Origin: Malacoraja senta
Lineage: Eukaryota
Assembly: GCA_038087875.1 (NCBI GenBank)
Contig: CM075988.1
Span: forward strand, 27,282,001 to 27,346,000
Direction: 5' to 3'
Length of the DNA stretch: 64,000 bases
Part shown: positions 36,633-50,976 of the stretch, piece after piece
Position numbering within the stretch: the first letter of the stretch is position 1
How the letters are laid out: every line of letters begins with the position of its first letter
Notes under the pieces: generated by a model
The model's input: only the letters and a program-made list of their open reading frames with translations
Database searches by the model: none
Told to the model about the DNA's origin: nothing
Program-made: the position numbers and the translations under genes

Positions 36633-39600
36633 CAGGGCTCGAAATTAACGGTTGCCCGGTTGCCAATGGCCACCTAAAGTCCTGCCGGGCAACCTAAAAG
36701 CCGTGTCATTTTGCCCGGCTCGGCCACCCTCTCTGTCACTCTCCGTCTCCGCCCGCCATCCGTGTCCGGGTGCCCGCTTTCTGGCCGCTCCTCATCCGCC
36801 AGCACGGCCGGCAGCCTTGCACATGCGAACTGCCATGGCCAGCACATCATCGGCCGTCCTGCACATGTGCACTGCCACTGGTCGCCGCCCTCCCACTTTC
36901 TCCCTCCCATTGCATTGTGGGAAATCGGGCTGCCATTGCTATCCGGTCGCCGCGACCGCTGAAACCCAACGCCGAATCACTCCCTGGAGCTGGTAGGCAA
37001 AATACTGGAGAAACTCAGCGGGTGAGGCAGCATCTATGGAGCGAAGGAAATATGCGACGTTTTGGGTCGAGACCCTTCTTCAGACTGATGTGGGGGTGGG
37101 AGGGCGGGAAGAAGAAAGGAAAAGAGGCGGGGACAGTAGGCTGTGGGAGAGCTGGGGAGGGGAAAGAAGGAGAAAGCAAGGCTACCTGAAATTGGAGAAG
37201 TCAATGTTCATATCACTGGGGTGTAAACTACCCAAGCGAAATATGAGGGGATGCTCCTCCAATTTACGGTGGCCATGGAGGAGGCCCAGGACAGAAAAGA
37301 GTTGGGGCTGGACTACTCACTGGAGTAACTCTTGCTTCTTGGTTTCCTGGTCCTCCAAAAATATTCCAAATGGAATTTAAACTGGAGGTGGTGGAGGGTG
37401 GACTTAAGCAAAAAAAGGTTCTTGGGGAAAAAAGAGCTACCTTAAATTTAGTTGCGTCTGGTTGTGTAACTATGGCAGGGTGAAGACTATTCCATGCTTT
37501 AATTGTGCGGGGGAACTCCATGGTGCAGCCAGCATCTCTGGATAGAAGAAATTGGGTGACTTTTTGAGTAGAGACCCTTCTTTAGACTCCCTCTGGTTTT
37601 AGTGTTTTTAGTTTAATTTAAAGATACAGCGTGGAAACAGGCCCTTCAGCCCACCGAGTCCACGCCGACCACCGATCACCCGCACGCTAGTTCTATCCCA
37701 CACATTAATTACGTAATTCAAGAGTCAAGAGTGTTTTAATCTCTCACGTCCCAGTTAGAACAATGAAATCCTTACTTGCAGCAGCACAACAGAATATGTA
37801 AACATAGTAGTGTGTGTGTTTCCCTCCTGGGATTAATAAAGTTCTATCGTATAGTATCGTGTGCGTAGGAAGAAACTGCAGATGCTGGTTTAAACCAAAG
37901 ATAGAAACAAAAAGCTGGAGTAACTCAACAGGTCAGACAGAATCTCTGGACAAAAGGAAAATATTATGTTTTGGATTGGGTCTGAAAAAGGTTCCTACAT
38001 ACCTTTGGAACGTGGAAGGAAACAAGAGCACCCGGAGAAAACCCATGCAATTGAAAGGGAAAAGGAGCAAAATCCATATAGACAGCACCCATATTCAAGA
38101 TCAATTCCGGGTCTCTGGCACTTTTAGGCAGCAACTTTATGTCCAATGTACTGCCCCATAGTCTTGAACTGAATTAAAACATACAGTAGTTGTAAAGGGG
38201 GACATAGCGTGACTTAAGAGATTTAAGACTGAAAACCGATAGTTTATTTTTTTTAGTAACCAAAGTTATCAACGTATAATTCTTTGTGTGTTGGAAAACA
38301 AAACATAGTGGCAGAGCTGGTAGACTTGCTGCCTCACACGCCAGAGAACTGTGTTCGATCCTGTCCTCGGGCACTGTCTGTGTTGAATTTTCATTCTCCC
38401 TGCAAGCATGTGGGTTTCCTCCCACAATCCAAAGAGGCATTGGCTTTGTAGGTTAACTTGTCTCTGTAAAATTGCCCCTAATGTGTAGGGAGTGGGTGAG
38501 GAAAGTGGGGTAACAGAACTTGTGTGAATGGGTGGTAAACAACAAAGCTGGAGAAAATCAGTAGGTTAGGCAGCATCTATGGAGCGAAGGAATAGGCGAC
38601 GTTTCGGGTTGAGACACTTCTTCAGACTGATGTCGGGGGGTGGGGGGAAAGAAAGAAAGAGGCGGAGACAGTAGGCTGTTGGAGAGCTGGAAAGGGAAGG
38701 AGGGAGAAAGCAAGGATTACCTGAAATTGGAGAAGTCAATGTTCATACCGCTTGGGTGTAAACTACCCAAGCAAAATATGAGGTGCTGCTCCTCCAATTT
38801 GCGGTGGGCCTCACTCTGGCCATGGAGGAGGCCCAGGACAGAAAGGTCGGATTCGGAATGGGAGGGGGAGTTGAAGTGCTGAGCCACTGGGAGATCAGGT
38901 TGGTTATTGCGAACTGAGTGGACGTGTTGTGCAAAGCGATCACCAAGCCAGCGCTTGGTCTCACCGAGGTTGATCATACGCTGAATAATAGAAACATAGA
39001 CATAGAAACGTAGAAAATAGGTGCAGGAGGAGGCCATTCGGTCCTTCGAGCCAGCACCGCCATTCATTGCAATCATGGCTGATCGTCCCCAGTCAATAAC
39101 CCATGCCTGCCTTCTCCCCATATCCCTTGATTCCACTAGCCCCTAGAGCACGATCTAACTCTCTCTTAAATCCATCCAGTGATTTGGCCTCCACTGCTCT
39201 CTGTGGCAGGGAATTCCACAAATTCACAACTCTCTGGGTGAAAAAGTTTCTCACCTCAGTCTTAAATGACCTCCCCTTTATTCTAAGACTGTGGTCCCTG
39301 GTTCTGGGCTCGCCCAACAGTGGGAACATTTTTCCTGCATCTAGCTTGTTCAGTCCTTTTATAATTTTATGTTTCTATAAGATGCCCCCTCATCCTTCTA
39401 AACTCCAGTGAATACAAGCCTAGTCTTTTCAATCTTTCCTCAAATGACCGTCCCGCCTTCCCAGGGATCAATCTCGTGAACTTGCGCTGCACTGCCTCAA
39501 TCACAAGGATGTCCTTCCTCCAATTAGGAGACCAAAACTGTACGCAATACTCCAGATGTGGTCTCACCAGAGCCCTATACAACTGCAGAAGAACCTCTCT

Positions 39601-40964
39601 ACTCCTATACTGAAATCCTCGTTATGAAGGCAATCATTCCATTAGCTTTCTTCATTGCCTGCTGTACCTGCACACCAACTTTCTGGTGTACAAGGACACC
39701 CAGGTCTCGCTGTATCTCCCCCTTACCGAACCTAACCCCATTGAGATAATAATCTGCCCCCTTGTTTTTGCCACCAAAGTGGATAACCTCACATTTATCT
39801 ATATAATACTGCATCTGCCACACATCTGCCCACTCACTCAACCTGTCCAGGTCACCCTGCAACCTCCTAACATCCTCTTCACAGTTCACACTGCCACCCA
39901 GCTTTGTGTCATCCGCAAACTTGCTAATGTTGCTCCTAATTCCCTCTTCCAAATCATTAATATATATGGTAAACATTTGCGGCCCCAACACCGAGCCTTG
40001 CGGCACTCCACTCGCCACTGCCTCCCATTCTGAAAAGGACCCGTTCACTCCTACTCTTTGCTTCCTGTCTGCCAACCAATTATCTATCCACGTCACTCCC
40101 TACCTCCAATACAATGTGCTCTAATTTTAGTCACCAGTCTCCCGTGCGGGACCTTATCAAAGGATTTCTGAAACTCTAGATGCACTGCATCCACTGGCTC
40201 CCCTTCATCCATTTTACTTGTCACATCCTCAAAAAATTCCAGAAGATTAGTCAAGCATGATTTTCCTTTCATAAATCCATGCTGACTTGGACTAATCCTT
40301 TTAATGCTATCCAAATGCACCATTACTACCTCTTTAATAATTGACTCCAGCATCTTTCCCACCACCGAAGTCAGGCCAACTGGTCTGTAATTCCCCGTTT
40401 TCTCTCTCGCTCCTTTCTTGAAGAATAGGATAACATTAGCTATCCTCCAATCCACAGGAACTGATCCTGAATCTATTGAACAATGGAAAATGATCACCAA
40501 TGCGTCCACTATTTCTAGAGCCACCTCTCAGAGGACCCTGGGATGCAATCCATCAGGCCCCGGGGATTTATCATCCTTCAGTCCCATTAGCCTACCCAAT
40601 ATTATTTCTCGCCTAATGATGATTTCTTTCAGTTCCTCGACCCACAACCACATTTTTGTTTGGAAGTGGAATGAAATAATAGAAATTGCATTCATTGCAA
40701 CGCGTAAAAATAGTTGAGATACTGCATTGTAATTTTGCTGCAGGTCATTGTGGTATATATTATGTCTTGATTGGTGAATATGTTTAGTTTGTGACTTTAT
40801 TTGAAGCAGAAATAATATGTGAATGCTTCATTGAGCATAATTCCGACTGGTAACTACGCACTTCGTCCGAGCACATTATCGCACGCCGTAAACTGTCATT
40901 TGGCAACCTAAAAAGCTACCTAGGTTGCCCGGCTAGCAACAGAGAAAAAAAGTTGAGAGCCCTG
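36633..40964 (+). mobile_element. hAT5-like non-autonomous DNA transposon, copy A, with SINE/Penelope cargo and a later CR1 insertion (38988-40640)
   Basis: Termini cagggctcgaaatta / gagagccctg; 5-bp flanks ttagg / ttggg (one mismatch). Confidence 0.8.
38988..40640 (-). mobile_element. CR1 LINE RT fragment inserted in hAT5-like copy A
   Basis: RT motifs; the uninterrupted site gaataaccatatttttg is seen in copy B (reverse complement at ~48435-48456). Confidence 0.92.
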
Positions 40965-42334
40965 TTGGGTTATGTTTTTTGATATTATAAAAAGCAGCTA
41001 TTTTACATTTTTCCCCTACAACAAAATGACAAGGAATAATCATACGATCAGGGCTGTATCATGTAGGAGTGACATCAGAAAATACTATTCCCCCAAAGAG
41101 AGTAACAAAAACCTGAACTTTTTCCCATGAAGCCACGAGTTTGAAGATCAGTTGAAATATTAAAATGCAACATAATCAGATATTTTGCTAACCAATCAGT
41201 TCCATCCTAAACATGTTGCCCAGTCCACTGCGAAATCTCCTCAAGGTATGACTATTTTTAAGAAATTCTCTTCCCCTCTCCAACGAGAGGTCCTCATCTC
41301 AATACATCAGTGTCTATATCTCGTTTCCCTTTCCCAGACTAGTCTGAAGAAGGGTCTCGAGCCGAAACGTCACCCATCCTTATCTCCAGAGATGCTGCCT
41401 GTCCCGCTGAGTTATTCCAGCATTTTATGTCTATCAAAAACTGGGGAAAGGATTTGAAATGTAGAGCATTAATGACCTAACAAAATGCTGGAAGATCCTT
41501 GACAAACTCAAATCCTACAACATTTACTGGATGCGATGAAGTTGACCATAAATTTCATGCTCGCATCAATTTCATTGACTACTTGATCACACTACTTTTG
41601 AAGTCTGAAAAACAGATTTCCTTAGATTAATTTTACCCAATTTTTATGCTGCAACAATCCCCCGGCATCTTATGAATAGAATTTTGAATGAAGCATCTTG
41701 GCTCCAAATGGTAAGAATTTATTGGAAAACACCACAGTACTCTAGACTGGAGCTTGGTACCTCCTTGTTACCAACAATGTAGCAGGTGTACCAATTTTCC
41801 AAGAGATCAAAATCTCTAATTGTCATTCTGAACCACAGGTTTAAGACTCCAAACAAAGATACGTTCACTGGTAACATTTTCCAAGGCCACGAATGGTTAA
41901 TATTTAAGTAATCTATCCTTTGAAGTGATATTAACTAGTTTAATTGAATTAATATCACAATCCTCCTTGGTGCCATTTTGCCATCCACTTTTATTTTGTG
42001 GTCTATCAAATATTCATCCACGATCCGTTAAATAGCTTTGTTTGATTCATGAGCAAGAACATCCCTCTTTACTTCACCCACTTGCAGTCTCTCCATTTGG
42101 CAAACCGGCTTTTTGATTTCTCCTCATGAAGTGTATGACCTCACACTTCCCTAGATTAAACTCCACTTGCCAGTCCTTTGCCCACTCATTCTTCAATAAC
42201 CCCATGGCCAATTTACGATATCATTACATGCCCTTCTACTTATTTTCCTTTCATCAGCAAATTTGAAAACCTTACATACTGTTCCTGCCTGCAGGTCATT
42301 AATCCTATCGCCGATGAGCATTTCTGACTTATTA

Positions 42335-43220
42335 ATGAACAAATTTGCAGATGACACAAAGTTGGGTGGCAGTGTGAACTGTGAGGAGGATGCTATGAGA
42401 ATGCAGGGTGACTTGGACAGTTTGGGTGAGTGGGCAGATGCAGTTTAATGTGGATAAATGTGAGGTTATCCACTTTGGTAGCAAAAACAGGAAGGCAGAT
42501 TATTATCTAAATGGTGTCAAGTTGGGAAAAGGGGAAGTACAACAGGATCTGGGAGTTCTTGTTCATCAGTCAATGAAAGTAAGCATGCAGGTACAGCAGG
42601 CAGTGAAGAAAGCGAAGGGCGTGTTGGCCTTCATAACAAGAGTTGAGTATAGGAGCAAAGAGGTCCTTCTGCAGTTGTACAGGGCCCTAGTGAGACCACA
42701 CCTGCAGTATTGTGTGCAGTTTTGAGGAAGGACATTCTTGCTATTGAGGGAGTGCAGCATAGGTTTACAAGGTTAATTCCCAGGATGGCAGGACTGTCAT
42801 ATGCTGAGAGAATGGAGCGGCTGGGCTTGTACACTCTGAAATTTAGAAGGAGAGAGGATCTTATTGAAACATGTAAGATTATTAAGGGTTTGGACATGCT
42901 AGAGGCAGGAAACATGTTCCCGATGTTGGGGGAGTCCAGAACCAGGGGCCACAGTTTAAGAATAAGGGGTAAGCCATTTAGAACAGAGATGAGGAAACAC
43001 TTTTTCACACAGTTGTGAGCCTATGGAATTCTCTGCCTCAGAAGGCGGTTGGAGGCCGGTTCTCTGGGTGCTTTCAAGAGAGCTAGATACGGCTCTTAAA
43101 GATAGCAGTCAGGGGATAAGGCGGGAATGTGGTACTGATTGGGGATGATCAGCCATGATTACATTGAATGGTGGTGCTGGCTCGAAGGGCCGAATGGCCT
43201 ACTCCTGCACCTATTGTCTA
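42335..43220 (+). mobile_element. CR1 LINE 3' fragment
   Basis: KFADDTKLGG...[10 protein letters not shown]...; tail ctattgtctattg. Confidence 0.92.
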
Positions 43221-43306
43221 TTGAACGTAACCAGGAAATGGTAATGTGCAACAAGAGCTCCATTCACTCCAGAATCTATCATGCAACAAAACACAGAATT
43301 ACTTGC

Positions 43307-43545
43307 CATTCAGGTGTAGCACCTGTAGCCTCTGAAAGTGTCTGATAAGCCAGTTCCATCAGTGTCTGAACAGATTGACTGATGCGGCAGGTAGGCAAAC
43401 ACATTGTTCGACTGCCGAGTTGCTTCCCGCTCCCCAGGGTCACCATGTCGCTCGGAATAATGTTGGAAATCATGGGCACTTTTACTTTACTGACTAATCC
43501 TAGACTGGGAAGCTTTGGAATGGTGATCTTGGAATCAGCTGAAAT
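43307..43545 (-). CDS. ZW10: ZW10 exon 10 (239 nt), ends in a non-canonical GC donor
   Basis: ISADSKITIPKLPSLG...MCLPTCRISQSVQTLMELAYQTLSEATGATPE(C); acceptor cctttag; the frame into exon 11 requires donor GAATG|gcaagt (phase 2). Confidence 0.92.
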
Positions 43546-44216
43546 CTAAAGGTAGAGCAAGCAGTTAGGAGATTTTTTTTTAAAACCTTTTCACAAAACT
43601 TGGTTACAATTAAAAATGTAGGCAAGAAAAAACTGGAACAACAAGGGCACATCCACAGGACAAAGCACTTTATTCAGTTAAATTTACAAGTTGGGAACTT
43701 CCTGGTGGATCCATAAATTGTTCCCAAGAATTGTCCCTTATTGTCCACTTGTCATCTATTAATATACGCTGTTCTAAAATAATAACAACATTATTAGTAG
43801 CCCATTCTTTCCCAATGTCACCAGACCCCTAAACCAATCAATTGGTACATGGATAGGAAAGGTTTGGACAGATATGGGGGGGCAAACGTAGGCAGGTGGG
43901 ACACGGGGCATCCTGGCCAGCATGGACAATGACCACTTTTGCACCGCCTCCCACAGAGTGCTACTGCATATTCTTAACACTACCACATTTGGTAATTCCA
44001 TTACTGTACTTTAATCTTTTTTACTACTACTTTGGATTGCACTACAATCTTGCACCATTCTGCTGTCTTGCATTCGTATTTATGAATCATTACTGTATGA
44101 ATAATGTTCATCTGTGAACAAGGAATTTCTTTGAACCCTCATCCTGGTGTATTTGACAATAAACCGATTTGATCCCTCCCACGTGTGCTGGGGCTGTGCA
44201 AGCATTACTAATTCAC

Positions 44217-44399
44217 CTGAACGGTGTTGTGGATTTCAGATGTCATCAGGTTTCTGGCAGTCACAATCACATCTTGACACTTCTTACTGGCAAAATGAAC
44301 ATTAATATTTCTTGCATATTTCAATAGGTCCGTGGAATGGCTCTGCAAAAACTGCATCTTTTTGAGTTTTTCCTCAAATTCATCTGTGGCTTTTATCAC
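44217..44399 (-). CDS. ZW10: ZW10 exon 9 (183 nt)
   Basis: [61 protein letters not shown], strongly conserved ZW10 segment; acceptor cccttccag, donor CAG|gtgaat. Confidence 0.97.
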
Positions 44400-44519
44400 C
44401 TGGAAGGGAAAACCAAAAACAGAACGTTAGTTTTGATCTGCAAAACAAAATTACCGTCCTCATTTGCATCCCTGTAAACAATCACCATTCAATCACCAAC
44501 TCAATTTTTGTAAGAAACC

Positions 44520-45979
44520 CGAAAACCCGTGGACGTGTTGGGTCCCCGTTGTGACGCCAGTCAAGTACACACAGAAGTACTAGATCAAAATGGTGATCTG
44601 AAAATGGCGCCGGGCCCAGCAACCCCTCCTCAACTGCGCACGCACGGATACCGGGCCCGGCAACCATCCCCCAACTGTGTAGGCGCAGCTGACGGGGCAG
44701 GCAAGTGGGAGCGCACTGCGCAGGCGCGCCACCGCCAGGCCCGCAACCCTCCCCCACTGCGCACGCGTGGATACCGGGCTCGGCAACCATCCCCCAACAA
44801 CGTAGGCGCAGCTGGCGGGGCAGGCAAGTGGGTGCGCACTGCGCAGGCGCGACTTCCGCATTCAAATTTGTCCCGGTCACAGTATAAAGTAAAGTTTATT
44901 AAAGTGAAATACTTTGTAATAGAACAAAACTTGATACTGCACACTGCACGCAAATGGTGAGTAAGGCGCCGCTAAAATTGTTGCACTATCGTGTATCGTT
45001 GTGGATGTATTTCAGGAACATACATACAAGATATATACATACATATACATACACATATATATACTAGACCAAGTAGAACCCGTTGGGCCCCGTTCCCCCA
45101 ATGCAATAATCCACCACTCACCCATTTTCCACCAATGCAATATTCCACCACTCGCCCATAGCCCCGACAGGAGGCCTGGTCCCCAACGTAACCCTTCCCC
45201 CAACACAGTATACCACCACTCGCCTGCCTCCCCCAGCACTGGACTTTAAAAAGATTCCAAATGTACTTCCTCTGCCTCCCCCAGCACTTCCAATTCCCCT
45301 GGCCCCTCCCCTCCTGTTCAATCACTTGCTGCCAGGACCATGACTAAGTGTCCTATGATGGCAACATTGTTGCAAATGTCAGGTGGAGGACTGAGATCCC
45401 ATTGTGACATCATAGCTGCAACTGCCAGCACTGAAGTGTTGAAGTGTTATCAAAGTGGATTTAGTAAAATAAAAAATGTGATAACATGTGAAATATAACA
45501 TCAATCTGAACTAAACTTGAAACAAACAACCACAGGTCAATGGTGAGTAAGGTGGTGAATCATTTTTAGCAGTATCGTGTACTGTTTTGGCGTAGTTCCT
45601 TTAGATCGCACGCACACAGCCAGACGTCCAAACAAGACGAGTCTTTTAGTAATATACTAGACCAAGTGGGACCCCGTTGGGTCCCGTCCCCTCAACGCGT
45701 GGTTGCGGGGGGGGGCGACATTCGGCGTCACACACACACTAACCACCCCCCACACTCACGCATACCCCCAACTGCGCAGGCGCGGCTAGAGAGGGAGGAG
45801 GGGGTGGAGAGGGAGGGGGAGGGGCTAGGGGAGGCGGGTAGAGATTGAGAGTTGGGGGGGCGCGGCGTCACAGAGGAGGACTGGTTCCCGAACACAATAC
45901 TCCACCACTCAACCATAGGTCCCACCCAATATTCACCACTCCCTAGGAGGGGGTGGGCGGCAGAGAGGGAGGGAGGGCA

Positions 45980-45980
<1 letters not shown>
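44520..45980 (-). mobile_element. Tandem Helitron-like non-autonomous units
   Basis: Minus-strand ends GGGACCC-aacg-GGGTCCC-acttggt-CTAG-t at 45657 and a degenerate equivalent at 45064. Confidence 0.6.
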
Positions 45981-46345
<365 letters not shown>

Positions 46346-47131
46346 GACGCCAATGGCAAGCAAGAGTGCATGATAAGAGACATGGCCATCAATCTAGCAA
46401 GCAGAACCCTGGTCTTTTATTTTACCAATTTTATACAAACTGCACTTTCCCCAATTCAGCTTTTAATCCATGTCAAAGGAAATAGGTCCTTCCCATTTTG
46501 TCTAACTGCCTTATAATCTTCTACACCAAGTAATTTCCCCCTCTGCCTCAAGAAGAAATTAACCCTATCATGGGTAACCTTTCCTCACTGGGCATCTTTT
46601 TCATAAACCTGGGAACAACCATGTACAAATTTCTCCAGTGCAATTACATATTTTCTGCAATGTAATAATCAGAGCCATGACACGGCATACAAGCTGCAAC
46701 CTCATCAGTGTTGCATCAAGCTGCAACATCACCACCCTGTTATTATATTGTATGCTTCAGGTAATAAAGGCCTTTTTAAAGTCACCTTATTGATCTATTC
46801 TGGTACTTTAAGGATGGTTCAACATATACCCTTAGGTGCCTCTTCTTCAGCACCTGACCCATGATGCATACTATTTTCTTTGTGCACCTGACTCTCTGGA
46901 TTAAATTACACTTTACAACCTAACTGTCCAATTCACCCGTTTCCGCCTGCAATCTAAAGCCATCTTCCAAACCGTCATTCACTATCTCAATTTTATGACG
47001 GAAAAGGCCTATGTTCTACAGAGTATACAATTATATTAAAAAGCTAGCAATGAAAACGGAATGCTAATTCGGAATGTGCAATGGCAATTAAAGGTTCTCG
47101 TTCACACACGCATTAAGTAAAGTGTCCATAC

Positions 47132-47295
47132 CTCTTCATACAGCTCTAACTGGCTGCTGTTTGCTGGTATAGAAAACACCAAACAGTTCTTAATAATGCT
47201 TTCTGATAATTCCTCCCAGATCATGCCTCCCAGCAATTCTGCTAGGTTTATATCCTGCTTTTCTTTATGGTCCACAGAGACCCAGAGCGGAATAT
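47132..47295 (-). CDS. ZW10: ZW10 exon 8 (164 nt)
   Basis: IPLWVSVDHKEKQDINLAELLGGMIWEELSESIIKNCLVFSIPANSSQLELYEE; acceptor ggtag, donor GAG|gtatgg, phase 1/0. Confidence 0.94.
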
Positions 47296-47463
47296 CTACC
47301 ATAACACCAAAAAGAAAGACAATTAAATTTTACATACCCAGCAATGTGTCTTTAGCTTAATTATGCTTGGAAGCTAATTTCAGAACAGCATAATTATAAG
47401 ACAAAAATAAAGAACCTACCCACAATGCAGCGAGGGAAAGGGACAAAATAAAAGTCTACATAC

Positions 47464-47655
47464 GAAGCAAATGTTGGTACAGGAACTCCAAGACGGTTGT
47501 GATCTTCAGGTAAACCTTTGCTGGTAACTCATGTTCACATTTGCTTTTAACTGTGCTGAACCTTAAAATGGCATCATTAGCCCGAAGTTCAATCTCAACA
47601 TCAAGGGACGGCTCGACAACCAGTGGTTTCAAAATATATTTCAACAAGATCTGAC
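47464..47655 (-). CDS. ZW10: ZW10 exon 7 (192 nt)
   Basis: QILLKYILKPLVVEPSL...KITTVLEFLYQHLL; acceptor ctcttgcag, donor CTTC|gtatgt, phase 1/1. Confidence 0.93.
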
Positions 47656-48099
47656 CTGCAAGAGTTTGGACATGGCCATTAAGCAGTAAAGAGGACCAAG
47701 AGCAAAACAAGTAAGGACAATCATTTTGTTTCAAAATGTCATTTGTGCACTATCAATTCCTCCCAAACTTGCACTCAGACGAAGACACAAATAATTGATA
47801 AATATGTCAACCTCTTCTTGTAGAAACAGCTCCTGTTAAAACAGTATAAAAACCAATGTCTGTAAATTGATACGCTGAACTTTTTTTACATGCAAATTAA
47901 ACCAAGTTTTAGAATAAAATGTAAAAGTTCAGAAGTCATTAAGGTATTAGCAACTTCATTGGAACATGCTGCATTGACAAAGAAGGCATAGCAGTAAAAT
48001 ACATAATTTACTGTGTTCCAAAATTCAAACTTTCCTGAGAAGAAACTGGGGGGGAGGGGGTGTAACAGGTTAGTGACCAATGCCTCAGAACAAGAGTAG

Positions 48100-50885
48100 C
48101 AGGGCTCTCGCTTAACCTTTTTTCCCTGTTGCCAGCCGGGCGACCTCGGCAGCTTTTTTGGTTGCCAAATGACAGTTTAGGTGGTGATTTAAGATGGCTT
48201 GCATGACGCGTGCGATAATGTGCTCGGACGAAGTGCGTATTTACCAGTCGGAATTATGGTCAATGAAGCATTCACATATTATTTCTGCTTCAAATAAAGT
48301 CACAAACTAAACATATTCACCAATCAAGACATGATATATACCACAATGACATGTGGCAAAATTACAATACAGTATCTCATCTCTTTTTACACATTGCAGT
48401 GAATGCAATTTCTATTATCTCTTTCCACTTCCAAACAAAAATATGGTTATTCAACGTATGATCAACCTCGGTGAGACCAAGCGCAGGCTTGGCGATCACT
48501 TCGCACAACACCTCCACTCAGTAAGCAATAACCAACCTGATCTCCCAGTGGCTCAGCACTTCAACTCCCCCTCCCATTCCGAATCTGATCTTTCTGTCCT
48601 GGGCCTCCTCCATGGCCAGAGCGAGGCCACCCGCAAATTGGAGGAACAGCACCTCATATTTTGCTTGGGTAGTTTACACCACAGCGGTATGAACATTGGC
48701 TTCTCCAATTTCAGGTAGTCCTTGGTTTCTCCCTCCTTCCCCTCCCATTCCCACAGCCTACTGTCTCCGCCTCTTCCTTTCTTTTTCCTGCCCCCCCACC
48801 CCTCCCGACATCAGTCTGAAGAAGGGTCTCGACCTGAAACGTCACCTATTTCCTTCGCTCCATAGATGCTGCCTCACCTGCTGAGTTTCTCCAGCATTTT
48901 TGTCTACCCATTCACGCAAGTTCTGTTATCCCACTTTCCTCACCCACTCCCTGCACTTTAGGGGCAATTTTACAGAGACAAGTTAACCTACAAAGCCAAT
49001 GCGTCGTTGGGATGTGGGAGGAAACCCACATGCTTGCAGGGAGAATGTGCAAATTCAACACAGACAGTGCCCAAGAACAGGATTGAACACAGATCTCTGG
49101 CGTGTGAGGCAGCAAGTCCACCAGCTGTGCCACTATATTATATTTTCCAACACACAAAAAATTGTACGTTGATAACTTGGTTACTAAAAAAAAAGAAACT
49201 ATCCATTTTCAGTCTTAAATCTCCAAGTGACGCTATGTCCTCCTTTACAGCTACTGTATGTTTTAATTCAGTTCAAGGCTATTGGGGCAGTACATTGGCC
49301 ATAAATTTGCTGCCTAAAATTGCCAGAGACCCGGAATTGATCCTGAATATGGGTGCTGTCTGTATGGAGTTTTGTTTTCTCATTTATAACATAGTTTACA
49401 GAGTACTATGTTTACATATTCTGTTGTGCTGCTGGAAGTAAGGATTTCATTGTTCTAACTGGGACGTGAGAGAAAAAAACACTCTTGACTTACGTCGCTG
49501 ATGTGTGGGATAGAACTAGAGTACGGGTGATCGGTGGTCGGCGTGGACTCGGTGGGCTGAAGGGCCTGTTTCCACACTCTATCTTTAAATTAAACTAAAA
49601 ACACTAAAACGAGAGGAAATGTCAAGAAGGGTTTCTACCCGAAACGTCACCCAATTTTTTCTATCCAGAGATGCTGGCTGCTCCATGGAGTTCTCCAACA
49701 CAATTAAAGTATGGAATAGTCTTCACCCTACCATAGGTACCAACCAGACGCAACTAAATTTAAGGTAGCTTTTTTTCCCCCCCAAGAACCCTTTTTTGCT
49801 TAAGTCCAAGTCAAGAGAGTTTTATTGTCATGTGTCCCAGATAGGGCAATGAAATTCTTGCTTGCTGCAGCACAACAGAATATATAAACATAATACAGAA
49901 CAGGAGATAAAAGTTCAGTGTGTTTATATACTATAGACCATATATATACACAATATAAACAGATAATATGCAACAGTCTGTTATTTTTCAGAGTTTGGAG
50001 TTTGGTGGTGGTGGGTCCATCAGTTTAAATTCCATTTCGAATATTTTTGGAGGACCACGAAACCAAGAAGCAAGAGTTACTCCAGGGAGATAGTGCAGCT
50101 CCAGGGAGTGATTCTGCGTTGTTTTTCAGCGGTCGCGGTGAGGCAGCGACCGGACAGCAATGGCGGCCAGAACTCCCACAATGCAAAGGTAGGGAGAAAG
50201 TGGCCGACGCCAACCACTTGCCGTGGCAGTGCGCATGTGCAGGGCCGCACTTGCGCACAACCACAGCCAATGATGTGCCGAGTGGAGACCCAAGAGCTAA
50301 CGCCGAGCGGAGATCCGAGCGGAGACCCAAGAGCCGAGTGGAGACCCTAGAGCTAACGCCGAGCGGAGACCCGAGAGCCTAGTGCCGAGCGGAGAGCTTA
50401 GTGGCGAGCGGAGACCCGAGAGCCGAGCGGAGACCCGAGAGCTAGTGCCGAGCGGAGAGCTTAGTGGCGAGCGGAGACCCGAGAGCCGAGCAGAGACCCT
50501 AGAGCTAACGCCGAGCGGAGACCCGAGAGCTAGCGCCGAGTGGAGAGCCTAGCGGCAAGCGGAGACCCAAGAGCCGAGCGGAGAGCCTAGCGCTGAGCGG
50601 AGACCCGAGAGCTAGCGCCGAGTGGAGAGCCTAGTGCCGAGCGGAGACCTGAGAGCCGAGCAGAGACCCGAGAGCTAGCGCCGAGCCGAGAGCTAGCACC
50701 GAGAGCGAGAGCCGAGATCCGAAAGCTAGCGCTGAGCGCCGAGCAGAGAGCCGAGACCCGGACACGGATGGCGGGCAGGTGTTCCGGTGGCTTGCCAAGC
50801 CGGGCTAAATGGCATGCCTTTTAGGTTGCCCGGCGGGACTGTAAGTTGCCATTGGCACCCGGGCAACCGCTAATTTCGAGCCCTG
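48100..50885 (-). mobile_element. hAT5-like non-autonomous DNA transposon, copy B (inverted relative to A)
   Basis: Termini cagggctctcg / taatttcgagccctg; perfect 5-bp TSD agtag (48095-48099 / 50886-50890); colinear reverse-complement match to 36633-40964. Confidence 0.85.
50275..50760 (+). repeat. GC-rich minisatellite (gccgagcggagacccgagagcta-type variants) inside copy B
   Basis: Directly visible tandem variants; absent from copy A. Confidence 0.9.
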
Positions 50886-50976
50886 AGTAGCCCTTATTTA
50901 TTTCCTGACAATGATTATGTATCTTTGTAAGTTTCTACCCACGGTTTCTACCCATGCATGTCTGCAGTAGAACAAT

